A stretch of 64,000 bases of DNA. Origin: Macrostomum lignano. Taxonomy: Eukaryota. Where the stretch lies: contig NIVC01000346.1 in NCBI GenBank assembly GCA_002269645.1, positions 186,001-250,000 of the forward strand, given 5' to 3'. Under the pieces are notes generated by a model that was not told where the DNA came from, made no database searches, and was given only the letters and a program-made list of their open reading frames with translations. Made by a program: the position numbers and the translations under genes. Shown in pieces: positions 1 through 13,534 of this stretch. Numbering within the stretch: position 1 is the stretch's first letter; every line of letters starts with the position of its first letter.

Positions 1-1040
1 TGGCCGTGGCCAGAGGCGGATTTGATTTGGGACCCGGCAGCGAACCAGTGAATTTCACAGAGTTGTCAGCTTCTCCCTGCCTCGTGGAGTGGTGGAATGC
101 TGGTTTTCAATTCAAGCAGAGGGCGGAGCTTGAACAGGATTCTGTCCAAAAGGGTCAGAAGGCCCTCCCGTAGCTTCTAGGTCTCTCAGGTTGAGGTCGC
201 CGTGCGGCCGGAGGTTCCATTTTCTGAGGGGGAACTGCTTCTGGGTGAGAACACCCGCGTCACGCAGTCTTTAGTCACAGACAAAGAAGTCCAGGGGCCG
301 GGGAAGGTCCATGAAGGAGTTCACGCCAGCGAATGGCGTAGAGGGAGTCGCGCTCATGATGCCATGCGGCTTTAACTTACACCCTGTTGAGAGCATCAAG
401 AACCCATTTTACCTCTAGGGCACTGTTCGGGGTTGAGGCCCAGGTAGCGTCGAAAGCTCTGCGGATCTGCGCGAGAGTCGCGAGAGCTTTGCGGACTTTG
501 ATTTGGACGTGCGGGGTCCAGCTCAACCTGTGGTTGAGGGTGACGCCCAGACATCTGGTTTGTTTCTTCATGGTAACAGATTTGCCACAGAGAAAATCAT
601 CCAATTTTGGTGGCTGGTCTTTGGTGGTGAACACGGTGGTCACGGTTTTAGACTCAGAGCTTAAGGCCGCAGCTGTGTGCCCAGCGCTTAGCACGGTGAA
701 TGAAGGCTTGGAAGAGGTCTCTTAGGACCACGGGTGATGTTCCAGCCACACTAGCGGTATAACATCATCCACATAGCCGATGTACCGGGTCCGGATATGG
801 TCTGCTGAGTCATTAGTCCATGACCAAGTTCCAGAGAATCTGGCTAAGGACTCCACCTTTCTGAAGCGCCACAGAGCGGGACTGTCCGAGGAGATACTGG
901 GATCAGGTGGCAGTCTGAAGTATCTACGTGTAAATTTCGCCTTTGTTGACTCGCCGGGGAAGAATTTCCCGTTGGATTTCCCCCTTCAGCGTTCTCTCCA
1001 GCAATCACTGCTGCAACCCAGAAAGTTGATGAAAAAGTGG
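1..1040 (-). mobile_element. Degenerate non-LTR retrotransposon (R1/LOA/I-like) RT plus start of RNase H; runs off the window start
   Basis: Minus strand gives LQKGGVLSQILWNLVMD* (about 816-866, RT motif B), YVDD at 764-775, thumb motif CLGVTLNHRLSWTPHV (ORF 377-694) and WFAAGSQIKSASGHG near 1-50 (resembles RNase H YTDGSK..G.G). Stops and frameshifts are present. Confidence 0.8.
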
Positions 1041-1776
1041 CATCGTTAATAGCCGTTCAACGATGCCGATTTGTGAGCTAGGAAAGCTTTCAGTAGTGAA
1101 GAATTAAGCTTTTTAGCTCTTTTGTTTTTCGCACAGTTTCCCGGGGCTTTTGAATTATTGATTGAATGAAGCAGAATCGCCGGTTTTCTCTTTACAATGA
1201 ATTTCTTTTTTGATTGAATCGATCGAGTTGGCTTCCCGTAAGCAATTTGTCTCTTAGTCTCCCGCACATTTTACGAGCGTAGATCGCAACACTTTTTTCA
1301 GGCTCCAAAGTCAGTCATCAATGTAAAAAGAATGCGCGGAGTGCGTCCTAAAAACGAAGTTTTTTACGGAAATTCAACGCAAAAAGCTGTACCGGTAGGA
1401 TAGTATAGAATAGACTGATGATCTCCATTCTGTACGACATCTAAAGTTTAAAGCAAAAAAATCGGAGCTGCAACTGCGTTCCGCTTGCAGAATGCTTCTT
1501 TTCCTAAAATAATGAGCTTCAAACTACTTGCTGAGAGACATGGAGAGAGACGGCTGAAGCGTGAAAGCGTGAACACGCAATCGGGCACACGCAAAGGCGG
1601 CCAAAGCGGGTCGTAACGTTGACCTCCGCCTTGTCAATTTTGAGAAGAACCCTATAGCTATCGTTTAGTCGCTAAATATTTTTAAGCTCGTGAGTTTTCT
1701 CCAGTTTCACACATTTGCGATGCAGACATTCACGCGAAAATTACACACTTTCAAACACATTTACCACACGCAGTAT

Positions 1777-3259
1777 TGTAGTAGGGGGGTTTAGTTCAAG
1801 CAGTTTTGCTAAGGGCGTTTGCCAAGGTTTCCGATTCGTCGAGTCAATTATTTTAGTAGCATGAATTCTAGAATAAGCAGTTTTGCTTTTGTTGTTAAAA
1901 CGAGGTGCCGTCGAAACCGGCGCGGGTCAGTTCCGAAGAACTCTGCCGCAGTTATATTTTGTATTTGATCGAAAGAATTAAAAATATTTACAAGATTTCG
2001 ATTTGAATATTTAATACGAATATTGAAATTAAAAATATACATATATAAAACTATTTTTCAATATTTTGCAGTATTTTGCACGCATTTGGGGATAAAAAAG
2101 AGGGGAGGGAAATCCCACACAAAGAAGGGATCTAATAAAAACAGGACATCTAAAAAATACGTGCTAGATATTTGAAGGCCTATTGAGAATAAAAGCAAGA
2201 CATTTAAGTAAAAAAAATAGAGATTAAAAATGCAATAGCGCATATTTGAATTTAGTTGTAAAAATAGAATGAATAGTAAAGGTGTAAAAAAGCAATTAGT
2301 GATATTTGTAGAGCAGTTGGGTAAAAAACACAGTTGGGAAAATTGTAAAAAGAAACGCGAGGAGACATAGAGATTACCTAAACAGTCCTAATGACTGATC
2401 AACCGATCTCTGTCTCAGGCAGCAAGTTTAGTTTTATTAGTTGCGTTTCAGAGCGTGGTCACTTCCGGTTTGGAAGGCTGGTAGCCAGCCTAACCCTGGG
2501 GTGGGAATCCCCTGTTTCTTTCCCGACGCCTCATGGCATCCCAGAGGACATTGAGGACGGGGGTTCGGCCCGGAGCCCGAGGGGCTTCCGGCTCAATGTG
2601 GAAGCTGTGGAGCTTGGCTGCCCTCATCTTGAGCAGCCAAGCCACCCCCAGCTGCTTGACTCTGTCTGCGAGCATCGGCATACCTGCCAGCTTGTGCAGG
2701 TATTCAATGCTGATGTAGGATGGCACACCATAGCAGATACGGAAAAAAAAAAAAAAAAAATTCAAAAAGCAGTTTTGCTTTTACGCTACTATTAGTAGTT
2801 CACCTTCGGGAAAATATCTGAAGTTATGGAAATTCGAGTCTTAGCGGGTTTCTCTATTAGTAAAAGGCTGTTTGGCCTCGGGAAAAGCATCCTGTTCAGG
2901 ACCATCCATTGGACAACGTTTGTAAGAGATCTAAGTCTCAAATAAGCCAGACTAAGGGAGTCTCCCCTTTATAAAATAAAAAGAATATATATAAGAAAGT
3001 ATAAAAGGTAAGATCGGGGTAAAATAGGGAGACTAAGAGGAGTCTACCGCTTAGTCAAAAACGGAGTCTACCGAGAATAGGAATTAGTATAGTCAAGTTA
3101 GATAGAAGTACGGGAAAGGAACCAGGAGTCTACCGGTTCTAATAACGTAGTAATAATAGTGCTTAAATCTTTGCATATTTGGTTCAATAATATCATTTTC
3201 TTTTGTTTGTTTATTCCAATAATCTTCCATGAAGTCGACTCTTGTCTCACTTATTTTAA
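1777..3259 (+). repeat. 5' LTR, first two pieces (1777-1890 and 2783-3259)
   Basis: Match 3' LTR 24651-24764 and 24765-25241 with no differences seen by eye. Confidence 0.95.
1891..2766 (-). mobile_element. 5'-truncated LINE (Jockey/I-like 3' end) inserted in the LTR
   Basis: 16-bp TSD AAGCAGTTTTGCTTTT at 1875-1890 and 2767-2782. Minus-strand remnant ICYGVPSYISIEYLHKLAGMPMLADRVKQLG resembles LINE ORF2 C-termini, followed by an AT-rich 3' UTR ending AACAAC. The target reads TTTT/A. Confidence 0.8.
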
Positions 3260-4786
3260 TCCTCTGTATATACTAAAGTTGGTGCGATGTTTGTGTGTTT
3301 GTTTGTCTGTTGCATAACTCCTCCTAGAATACTTGCAACTCAGCGTTGAAACTTATATTGGAAAACTGCAAATTTACCGAGGATGGCTTTAGGCTATTTT
3401 AATGTTGCATTTTTACATTTTAAGATCCCTAAAAAAGCAGAAAACGGTGGTCTTGACCTTTGATAATCTTAATTGTCCCCTCTTCCTGCTTGGAGCTGAA
3501 AATTTGCATGAATTTTGAGTGATTGCGCCACAACTGTCTCCTATCTCTACAGTGTATTTTCTCTCCAGTGGGGGGATGGTCGCATTCTCAGTGGCTGCGT
3601 GTGTACAATCGGACCCTAGCTCACTGGCTGATTGTATAGATAGACAATTGCGCAACGATTTGTGTTCTGATTTTCAATAGGCTGCCCTGTGTAGTTTTGG
3701 ACAGTTAAATTCAATGAATAAACTTGCGAGCCTCCCTCTGCTGCAGGCAGTGAACGTACACTCGATATTTCAATGCTTTAAATCAGAAAGTTTCAAACGC
3801 TAACTGTTGCTCGATTTTTGAACTTTGAGAGACGAGACTTTTATTGCTGGAAAGAGCCTGCAGCGCTGAGTTCGGGGATATAAGTTGTTTGCTTTAAATA
3901 TGATAATAACTAAAAATACAGCATTCAAAAAACGATTTCCATACTTTTGCAAAGATTGTACTTATTTTTGCGACAGGTCAGAGATAAAGTTGGGGGGTTC
4001 AACGTCTACTTGCCACTGCGTATTGGAAGGGGGGGCGGTCGCTGTGTATTGGATGGTTGATTTAAATTGCGCAATCATTTTGCTAACTTGAACTGAGACT
4101 GATACTGGCTGACTGAGAAATCGATTGCTCAATCTGTTGCTTTAAATAGTTCAATTTTTTATTATTGGTGCCTTTCAACACGCAGCTGTGTGTAACTCTA
4201 ACCCTAACCCTAACCCTAGCCACTGAATCCTGAGAGTTGAGTTCTGTCTGACGAAGTAAATTTCGATTGAGTCCAGTTTCACGGAGAGGATCTTTTGTCT
4301 TCGGAGAGGACTTGGATGATGGAACTCGGGTCATGGAATTCAGCTAATGAAGTTCAGGGAATTGAATTCTGGTGATAGGAGTTCTTCCAATGGGAGAGAA
4401 AAGAGAGTAGATATGAGAGAGGAGAGATTAGAGATGACATACGGGAGAGGAGAGAAGAGGGAGAGATAAGAGACAGGAGACAGGAGACAGAAGAGGGTAC
4501 AGACGAAAGACGAGGGAGAAGAGACAAATAAGGGAGTAGGGGTAGAGATGAGATGAGAGAGAGGAGAGAGAAGAGAGTCACGATATCAGTGAAGAGAGGA
4601 GAGAGGAGATATGAGAGACTTGAGAGTCTTTGAGCTATGGTCTTTGAAAGGTTTTGTAAAGAATTTGGAGACGATTTGGAAGATAGGGTTCAAGACATGG
4701 AATGTCAGTTGATGGATATTTCAGGGAATGGAATTCCGGTGATGGGAGTTCTTCCCCTTTCTCCTCCGAAGGAGGAGTTCCACTCG
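3260..4786 (+). repeat. Array unit type A, copy 1 (about 1.52 kb)
   Basis: Near-identical to 9891-11410 and 11411-12930; the same spurious ORFs recur at offsets 6624/6625 and 1523. Ends after hairpin CTCCTCC-GAA-GGAGGAG (4761-4777). Confidence 0.9.
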
Positions 4787-6162
4787 TCTATCTTCTATAT
4801 ATACTAAAGTTGACGTGTTGTTTGTCTGTCTGTCTGTCATTTCGACAACTCCTCCTTGAATAGTGCCAACTCAGCGTTGAAACTTATATGGGAAGATTGG
4901 AAATTATCCGAGGTCGGCTATAGGCTATTTTAATTCTGAAATTTTAATTTCTAAGATCCTCAAAAAAGCAGAAAACGGCGGTCTTGACCTTTGATAATCT
5001 TAATTGTCCCCTCTTTCTGCTTGGAGCTGAAAATTTGCATGAATTTCAAGGGATTGCGCCACAACTTTTCCCTATCTCTGCAGTGTATTTTCTCTCCAGT
5101 GGGGGGATGGGGCGTTCTAAATGGCTGCCTGTGTACAATCGGACCCTGGCTCACCAGCTGACTGTATAGACAATTGCGCAAAGATTTGTGTTCTAATTTT
5201 CAATAGGCAGCCCTGTGATTTTGTTGAACCTTGAAATTCAATGCATAAACTTGCGGGCCTCTTTAGCAGGCAGTGAACGTACAATCGATATTTCAATGCT
5301 TTAAATCAGAAAGTTTCAAACGCAAACTGTTGCTCGAGTTTTTAACTTTGAGAGAAAAAATTTATATTGCTGGAAAGAACTTGCAAAGCTGATTTCATGG
5401 ATATAAATTGTTTGCTTCAAATATGAAAACTAAAAGCTCTGCATTGCAAAAACTATTTCCATACTTTAAACTTTCTGCAAAGATTGTACTCATTTTGGCG
5501 AGAGGTGAGAGATAAAGTTGGGGGTTTCGACTTCTAACTGGCGCTGTGTATAGGAAGGGGGTCAGTTGCTTTGTATTGGAGGGTTGATTAGATTGCGCAA
5601 ACTTTTTGTTAACTTTAACTGAGACTTATACTGACTAACACAGAAATATATTGCGCAATCAATTGATTCAATTGGTTAGCTTTTTTATTATCGGCCCTGT
5701 GTATTAGCTTGGCAGTGAAATTCAATGTACAAAATTGCGAGCCTCTCAGGCAAGCAGTCGGGAAATCGGTAAATTTCAAACGCTAACTGCTCCTTGAGTT
5801 TTAAACTTTGAGAGGAGAGACTTATATTGCTGGAAAGATCTTGCAACGCTGAGTTTAGGGATATAAGTTGTTTGCTTTAAATATGAAAAGAAAAAGCACC
5901 GCATTTAAAAAACTATTTCCATACTTTTAACTTTCTGCAAAAATTGTACTCAGTTTTGCGAGACGTAATAGATAAAGTTGGGGGGAGGGTTCAACTTCTC
6001 ACTGCTGCTGTGTATTGGAGGGTTGATTTAGATTGCGCAATGTTTTTGTTAACTTTAACTGAGACTGATACTGACTGACTGTGAAATCGGTTGCGCAATG
6101 AATTGATTCAATTAATTCAATATTTTTATCAGTGCCTTTTAACACGAAGCTGTGCGTAGTTC

Positions 6163-6197
6163 TAACCCTAACCCTAACCCTAACCCTAACCCTAACC
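6163..6197 (-). repeat. Interstitial telomeric repeat (TAACCC)5 plus partial; shorter copies near 4199, 8603, 10823, 12346
   Basis: Direct reading of TAACCC units at the same position in each A/B unit. Confidence 0.9.
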
Positions 6198-6544
6198 AAT
6201 GAATCCGGAGTTGAGTTGTTTGACGGAAAAAATTCGATTGAGTCCAGTTTAGCGGAGACGATTTCAATGTTTTAATTTTGACGGAGAGAATTTCTGTTTC
6301 GTGGAGAGGATTTCGATGGTGTTCAGTTTCACGGAGAGGATTTCGATGATGTTCAGCTTCACGGAGAGGATTTCTGTTTCGCGGAGATAATTATGATTGA
6401 TTTCTGTTTTATGGAGACCATTTTGATGGATTTAAGTTTCAAGGAGAGGATTTCGAAGGAGTCCAGTTTCACGGAGAGGATTTCGATGGTTTTCATTTGC
6501 ACGGACAGGATTTCTGCTTCGCGGAGAGGATCTTGATGGATTTG

Positions 6545-7500
6545 GCATCTTCAATAAGTCAGAGAAGAGAGTAAAGAGAAGAATGAAAAGAGAAGAGAGA
6601 AGAGATGATAGAAAACAGAGTAGAAATGAGTGGAGAGATTAGACATGACAGATGGGAGAGAAGAGGGGAGTAAGGCGGGAACAAAGGAGAGAGAAGAGAA
6701 GAGGAGAGAGGAGATGAAGGGAGAGGATATGAGAGAGGAGATATGAGATAGCAGAGAGGAGACAGGAGAGAAAAAAAGGAGGGATAAGAGCGTACAGAGG
6801 CAATAGAAGAGAGGCAAGAGAGGAGAGAGGTGAGAGAAGAGAGATGAAAGATCAGAGATCAGAGATTTAAGAGAAGAAAGTAGTGAGGAGAAAGAAGAGG
6901 GTAAAGATGAGAGTGCAGAGAGGAGAGAAACGAGAGGAGACAGGTAGTAGAAAGGAGTGTAAAAAACAGGAGATAAGAAAGGAGAGGGTGAGTGTGAGAG
7001 CATATAGGAAAGTGTAAAAGGGGAGCAGAGGAGAGAGAATAGATAAGTGAGTAGAGAGGAGATATGAGGGAGAAGAGATTAGAGATTAGATAAGAGATGA
7101 GGGTAGATGAGAGGAGAGAAGAGAGAATGGAGAGGAGAAAAAAGAGAGGAGAGGAGACAGGTGATGCAGTAGAAAGGAGGGAAGAAAAATGGGAGATAAG
7201 AAAGGAGAGGTTGAGAGCGTATATGAGATATGAGAAATGAGAGCAGAGAGAAGAGAGAAAAGGGAAGAGAGAAAGTAGAGCGGAGACGATAGATAAGTGA
7301 TTAGAGATGAGATATGAGAGAGGAGAGAAAAGGGGAGAGATAAGATAGAAGATAGGAGAGTAGACAGGAGAGGGAGAATAAATAAGGGATAAATAAGGGA
7401 GTAGAGATAAATAAGAGAGTAGGGGTAGAGATGAGATGAGAGAGAGGAGAGAGAAGCGAGTCACGATAATAGCGAAGAGAGGAGAGAGTAGATATGAGAG
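6545..7500 (+). repeat. GA-rich low-complexity tract; similar tracts at 8830-9680 and in each A unit
   Basis: Purine-rich strand; produces spurious Ser/Leu-rich minus-strand ORFs. Confidence 0.9.
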
Positions 7501-9890
7501 ACGTAAGAGTCTTTGAGCTATGGTCTTTGAAAGGTTTTGTAAAGAATTTGGAGACGATTTGGAAGATGGGGTTCAAGACATGGAATTTCAGTTGATGGAT
7601 AATTCAGGGAATGGAATTCCGGTGATGCGAGTTCTTCCCCTTTCTCCTCCGAAGGAGGAGTTCCACTCGTATATACTAAAGTTGACGCGTTGTTTGTCTG
7701 TCTGTATGTCTGTCTGTATGTCTGTCTGTATGTCTGTCTGTCATTTCGACAACTCCTCCTTGAATAGTGCCAACTCAGCGTTGAAACTTATATGGGAAGA
7801 TTGGAAATTATCCGAGGTCGGCTATAGGCTATTTTAATTCTGAAATTTTAATTTCTAAGATCCTCAAAAAAGCAGAAAACTTGAATCTTGACCTTTGATA
7901 ATCTTAATTGTCCCCTCTTTCTGCTTGGAGCTGAAAAATGCATGAATTTTTAGTGATTGCGCCACAACTTTTCCCTATCTCTGTAGTGTATTTTCTTTCC
8001 AGTGGGGGTTGGGAGCGTTCTCAGTGGCTGCGTGTGTACACTTGGACCCTGGCTCACTGGCTGACTGTATAGATAATTGCGCAATGATATGGCTACTGAT
8101 AAGTTTTCCTGCCTTTCAATGGGCAGCCCTGTGTATTTGTTGGACATTGAAATTCAATGCATCAACTTGCAAGCAGGCAGTCAACGTACACTCGATACTT
8201 CAATGCAATAAATCAGACAGTTTTAAACGCTAACTGTTCCTCGAGTTTTAAACTTTGATAGGAGAAACTGATATTGCTGGAAAGATCTTGCAACGCTGAG
8301 TTCGGGGATATAAGTTGTTTGCTTTAAATATGAAAAGAAAAAGCACAGCATTTGAAAAACTATTTCCATACTTTTAACTTGCTGCAAAGATTGTACTCAG
8401 TTTTGCGAGACGTAATAGATAAAGCTGGGGGGAGGGTTCAACTTCTCACTGCTGCTGTGTATTGGAGGGTTGATTTAGATTGCGCAATGCTTTTGTTAAC
8501 TTTAACTGAGACTGATACTGACTGACTGTGAAATCGGTTGCGCAATGAATTGATTCAATTAGTTCAATCAGTTGTCTTTTAACACGATGCTGTGCGTAGT
8601 TCTAACCCTAACCCTAACCCTAACCAATGAATCCGGAGAGTTAAGTTGTTTGACGGAAAAAATTCGATTAAGTCCAGTTTAGCGGAGACGATTTCAATAG
8701 TTTAATTTTGACGGAGAGGATTTCTGTTTCGTGGAGAGGATTTCGATGGTGTTCAGTTTCACGGAGAGGATTTCGATGGTTTTCAGTTGCACGGGCAGGA
8801 TTTCTGCTTCGCGGAGAGGATCTTGATGGATTTGGCATCTTCAATCAGTCAGAGAAAAGAGTAAAGAGAAGAATGAAAGCAGAAGAGAGATGAGATGATA
8901 GAAAACAGAGTAGAAATGAGTGGAGAGATTAGACATGACAGATGGGAGAGAAGAGGGGAGTAAGGCGGGAACGAAGGAGAGAGAAGAGAAGAGGAGAGAG
9001 GAGATGAAGGAAGAGGATATGAGAGAGAAGATATGAGATAGAAGAGAGGAGACAGGACAGAGAAGAAAAGAGGGATAAGAGCGCACAGAGGCAATAGAAG
9101 AGAGGAAAGAGAGGAGAGAGGTGAGAGTTGAGAGGAGAGAGATGAAAGATCAGAGATCAGAGATTTGAGAGAAGAAAGTAGTGAGGAGAAAGAAGAGGGT
9201 AAAGATGAGAGTGCAGAGAGGAGAGAAACGAGAGGAGACAGGTGGTAGAAAGGAGTGTAAAAACAGGAGATAAGAAAGGAGAGAGTGAGAGTGAGAGCAT
9301 ATAGGAAAGTGTAAAAGGGGAGCAGAGTAGAGAGAATAGATAAGTGAGTAGAGAAGAGATATGAGAGAGGAGAGACGAGGGGAGAGAGGAGACAGGAGAG
9401 AGTAAATTTGAAAGACCTGGGAGAAGAGATAAATAAGATAGTACAGATGAGAGGAGAGAGATGAGAGATGCAAATAGAAAAGAGATAAGTGAGAAAAGAG
9501 AGAGAGAGAGATTTGAGAAGAGAGGGGAAAAGATGAGAGGAGAAAGGAAAGGGGAGAAGAAAAAATGGAGAGGAGAGAAAAGAAAGGTGACAAGAGACGG
9601 TAGTAAGGAGGGCAGAAAGATGGAAGATAAGAAAGGAGAGGGTGATATGAAAGATATGAGATATGAGAAATGAGAGCAGAGACATGAGAGTCCGAGTCTG
9701 GACAATGCCAGTGAGTTTTTGCAAATAGGGAAAACAAGATATCCGGTAATTGAAATGCATTGTAGAGGATTTGGAGATGATTTGGAAGATGGGATTCAAG
9801 TCATGGAATTTCAGCTGATGGGAGTTCTTCCCCTTCAGAATTCCAGTGATGGGAGTTCTTCCCCTTTCTCCTCCAGAGGAGGAGTTCCAC

Positions 9891-12800
9891 TTATATACTA
9901 AAGTTGGTGCGATGTTTGTGTGTTTGTTTGTCTGTTGCATAACTCCTCCTAGAATACTTGCAACTCAGCGTTGAAACTTATATTGGAAAACTGCAAATTT
10001 ACCGAGGATGGCTTTAGGCTATTTTAATGTTGCATTTTTACATTTTAAGATCCCTAAAAAAGCAGAAAACGGTGGTCTTGACCTTTGATAATCTTAATTG
10101 TCCCCTCTTCCTGCTTGGAGCTGAAAATTTGCATGAATTTTGAGTGATTGCGCCACAACTGTCTCCTATCTCTACAGTGTATTTTCTCTCCAGTGGGGGG
10201 ATGGTCGCATTCTCAGTGGCTGCGTGTGTACAATCGGACCCTAGCTCACTGGCTGATTGTATAGATAGACAATTGCGCAACGATTTGTGTTCTGATTTTC
10301 AATAGGCTGCCCTGTGTAGTTTTGGACAGTTAAATTCAATGAATAAACTTGCGAGCCTCCCTCTGCTGCAGGCAGTGAACGTACACTCGATATTTCAATG
10401 CTTTAAATCAGAAAGTTTCAAACGCTAACTGTTGCTCGATTTTTGAACTTTGAGAGACGAGACTTTTATTGCTGGAAAGAGCCTGCAGCGCTGAGTTCGG
10501 GGATATAAGTTGTTTGCTTTAAATATGATAATAACTAAAAATACAGCATTCAAAAAACGATTTCCATACTTTTGCAAAGATTGTACTTATTTTTGCGACA
10601 GGTCAGAGATAAAGTTGGGGGGTTCAACGTCTACTTGCCACTGCGTATTGGAAGGGGGGCGGTCGCTGTGTATTGGATGGTTGATTTAAATTGCGCAATC
10701 ATTTTGCTAACTTGAACTGAGACTGATACTGGCTGACTGAGAAATCGATTGCTCAATCTGTTGCTTTAAATAGTTCAATTTTTTATTATTGGTGCCTTTC
10801 AACACGCAGCTGTGTGTAACTCTAACCCTAACCCTAACCCTAGCCACTGAATCCTGAGAGTTGAGTTCTGTCTGACGAAGTAAATTTCGATTGAGTCCAG
10901 TTTCACGGAGAGGATCTTTTGTCTTCGGAGAGGACTTGGATGATGGAACTCGGGTCATGGAATTCAGCTAATGAAGTTCAGGGAATTGAATTCTGGTGAT
11001 AGGAGTTCTTCCAATGGGAGAGAAAAGAGAGTAGATATGAGAGAGGAGAGATTAGAGATGACATACGGGAGAGGAGAGAAGAGGGAGAGATAAGAGACAG
11101 GAGACAGGAGACAGAAGAGGGTACAGACGAAAGACGAGGGAGAAGAGACAAATAAGGGAGTAGGGGTAGAGATGAGATGAGAGAGAGGAGAGAGAAGAGA
11201 GTCACGATATCAGTGAAGAGAGGAGAGAGGAGATATGAGAGACTTGAGAGTCTTTGAGCTATGGTCTTTGAAAGGTTTTGTAAAGAATTTGGAGACGATT
11301 TGGAAGATAGGGTTCAAGACATGGAATGTCAGTTGATGGATATTTCAGGGAATGGAATTCCGGTGATGGGAGTTCTTCCCCTTTCTCCTCCGAAGGAGGA
11401 GTTCCACTCGTCTGTATATACTAAAGTTGGTGCGATGTTTGTGTGTTTGTTTGTCTGTTGCATAACTCCTCCTAGAATACTTGCAACTCAGCGTTGAAAC
11501 TTATATTGGAAAACTGCAAATTTACCGAGGATGGCTTTAGGCTATTTTAATGTTGCATTTTTACATTTTAAGATCCCTAAAAAAGCAGAAAACGGTGGTC
11601 TTGACCTTTGATAATCTTAATTGTCCCCTCTTCCTGCTTGGAGCTGAAAATTTGCATGAATTTTGAGTGATTGCGCCACAACTGTCTCCTATCTCTACAG
11701 TGTATTTTCTCTCCAGTGGGGGGATGGTCGCATTCTCAGTGGCTGCGTGTGTACAATCGGACCCTAGCTCACTGGCTGATTGTATAGATAGACAATTGCG
11801 CAACGATTTGTGTTCTGATTTTCAATAGGCTGCCCTGTGTAGTTTTGGACAGTTAAATTCAATGAATAAACTTGCGAGCCTCCCTCTGCTGCAGGCAGTG
11901 AACGTACACTCGATATTTCAATGCTTTAAATCAGAAAGTTTCAAACGCTAACTGTTGCTCGATTTTTGAACTTTGAGAGACGAGACTTTTATTGCTGGAA
12001 AGAGCCTGCAGCGCTGAGTTCGGGGATATAAGTTGTTTGCTTTAAATATGATAATAACTAAAAATACAGCATTCAAAAAACGATTTCCATACTTTTGCAA
12101 AGATTGTACTTATTTTTGCGACAGGTCAGAGATAAAGTTGGGGGGTTCAACGTCTACTTGCCACTGCGTATTGGAAGGGGGGGCGGTCGCTGTGTATTGG
12201 ATGGTTGATTTAAATTGCGCAATCATTTTGCTAACTTGAACTGAGACTGATACTGGCTGACTGAGAAATCGATTGCTCAATCTGTTGCTTTAAATAGTTC
12301 AATTTTTTATTATTGGTGCCTTTCAACACGCAGCTGTGTGTAACTCTAACCCTAACCCTAACCCTAGCCACTGAATCCTGAGAGTTGAGTTCTGTCTGAC
12401 GAAGTAAATTTCGATTGAGTCCAGTTTCACGGAGAGGATCTTTTGTCTTCGGAGAGGACTTGGATGATGGAACTCGGTCATGGAATTCAGCTAATGAAGT
12501 TCAGGGAATTGAATTCTGGTGATAGGAGTTCTTCCAATGGGAGAGAAAAGAGAGTAGATATGAGAGAGGAGAGATTAGAGATGACATACGGGAGAGGAGA
12601 GAAGAGGGAGAGATAAGAGACAGGAGACAGGAGACAGAAGAGGGTACAGACGAAAGACGAGGGAGAAGAGACAAATAAGGGAGTAGGGGTAGAGATGAGA
12701 TGAGAGAGAGGAGAGAGAAGAGAGTCACGATATCAGTGAAGAGAGGAGAGAGGAGATATGAGAGACTTGAGAGTCTTTGAGCTATGGTCTTTGAAAGGTT

Positions 12801-12930
12801 TTGTAAAGAATTTGGAGACGATTTGGAAGATAGGGTTCAAGACATGGAATGTCAGTTGATGGATATTTCAGGGAATGGAATTCCGGTGATGGGAGTTCTT
12901 CCCCTTTCTCCTCCGAAGGAGGAGTTCCAC
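9891..12930 (+). repeat. Array unit type A, copies 2 and 3 in tandem
   Basis: Period 1523 bp (10038 vs 11561); differences seen are single-base indels in G runs; hairpins at 11385-11401 and 12908-12924. Confidence 0.9.
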
Positions 12931-13534
12931 TCTATATACTAAAAATGAGTTGTTTGTTTGTACGCAATCGATTAGAGAAAAAATGGCTGGACCGATTTTC
13001 TTCGAACTTGCACTGTTCGATCAGAAATTTTCCTGGGACGGTACATGCATCTTGGCTAAGAAATTGCTCCATGTTAAAGCGATTAAATATTCGAAAAACA
13101 TGCTTTTTTGCAAAGGTCAAGCAAACTTTTCGACTTGAAATGCATTGTAAGAATGCTAGAGAAAAAACTGACTGGTTGAATTCTGATTCTGAAATAGATT
13201 ACATCATAACTGAATTGTAACTCCGACTTGAATTGCGTCACAGTATTGAAAATGCAGTGTGGAAGCGTAGCACCAGACTTGATTTAGATTGCGCAACAAT
13301 ATTGTTAACTGATACTGACTGACTGAGAAATTGATTATGTAATAACTGCCTCGTGTGATTTACTCTATGCTTGGAGTTTTGAAACTTATAATTATAAGTG
13401 CTGAATTCATGTTATCAAAACGATGAGAGCTAGCCTAGAGGTAAACAGACTGAACTGCTAAATGCAGAAACGATGGTTCGAATTTTTAGAGAGTAGAGTT
13501 TTTTTAATTAAAGCTCTTTAACGCCAAGAAAACT

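Larger units (their letters stand above)
4787..9890 (+). repeat. Two longer, diverged array units (type B: about 4787-7668 and 7669-9890)
   Basis: Same TATATACTAAAG head with (GTCT)n. Internal duplication at about 5260-6110, TTCACGGAGAGGATT repeats, expanded GA tracts, terminal hairpins at 7644-7660 and 9868-9884. Confidence 0.85.

Noticed and set aside
387-1049. Plus-strand ORFs 387-725 and 780-1049
   Set aside because: Antisense shadows of the minus-strand RT relic.
1050-1740. Probable non-autonomous DNA element next to the LINE relic
   Set aside because: The composition is suggestive, but I could not identify TIRs or a TSD.
6551-9940. Long Ser/Leu-rich minus-strand ORFs (150-363 aa)
   Set aside because: They are translations of CT-rich low-complexity tracts that lack stop codons by composition.
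3413-12728. Repeated short ORFs (MRNCLSIQ.., MFALNM.., MTRVPSS..)
   Set aside because: They recur only because the DNA is repeated, are broken by indels between copies, and show no protein motifs.
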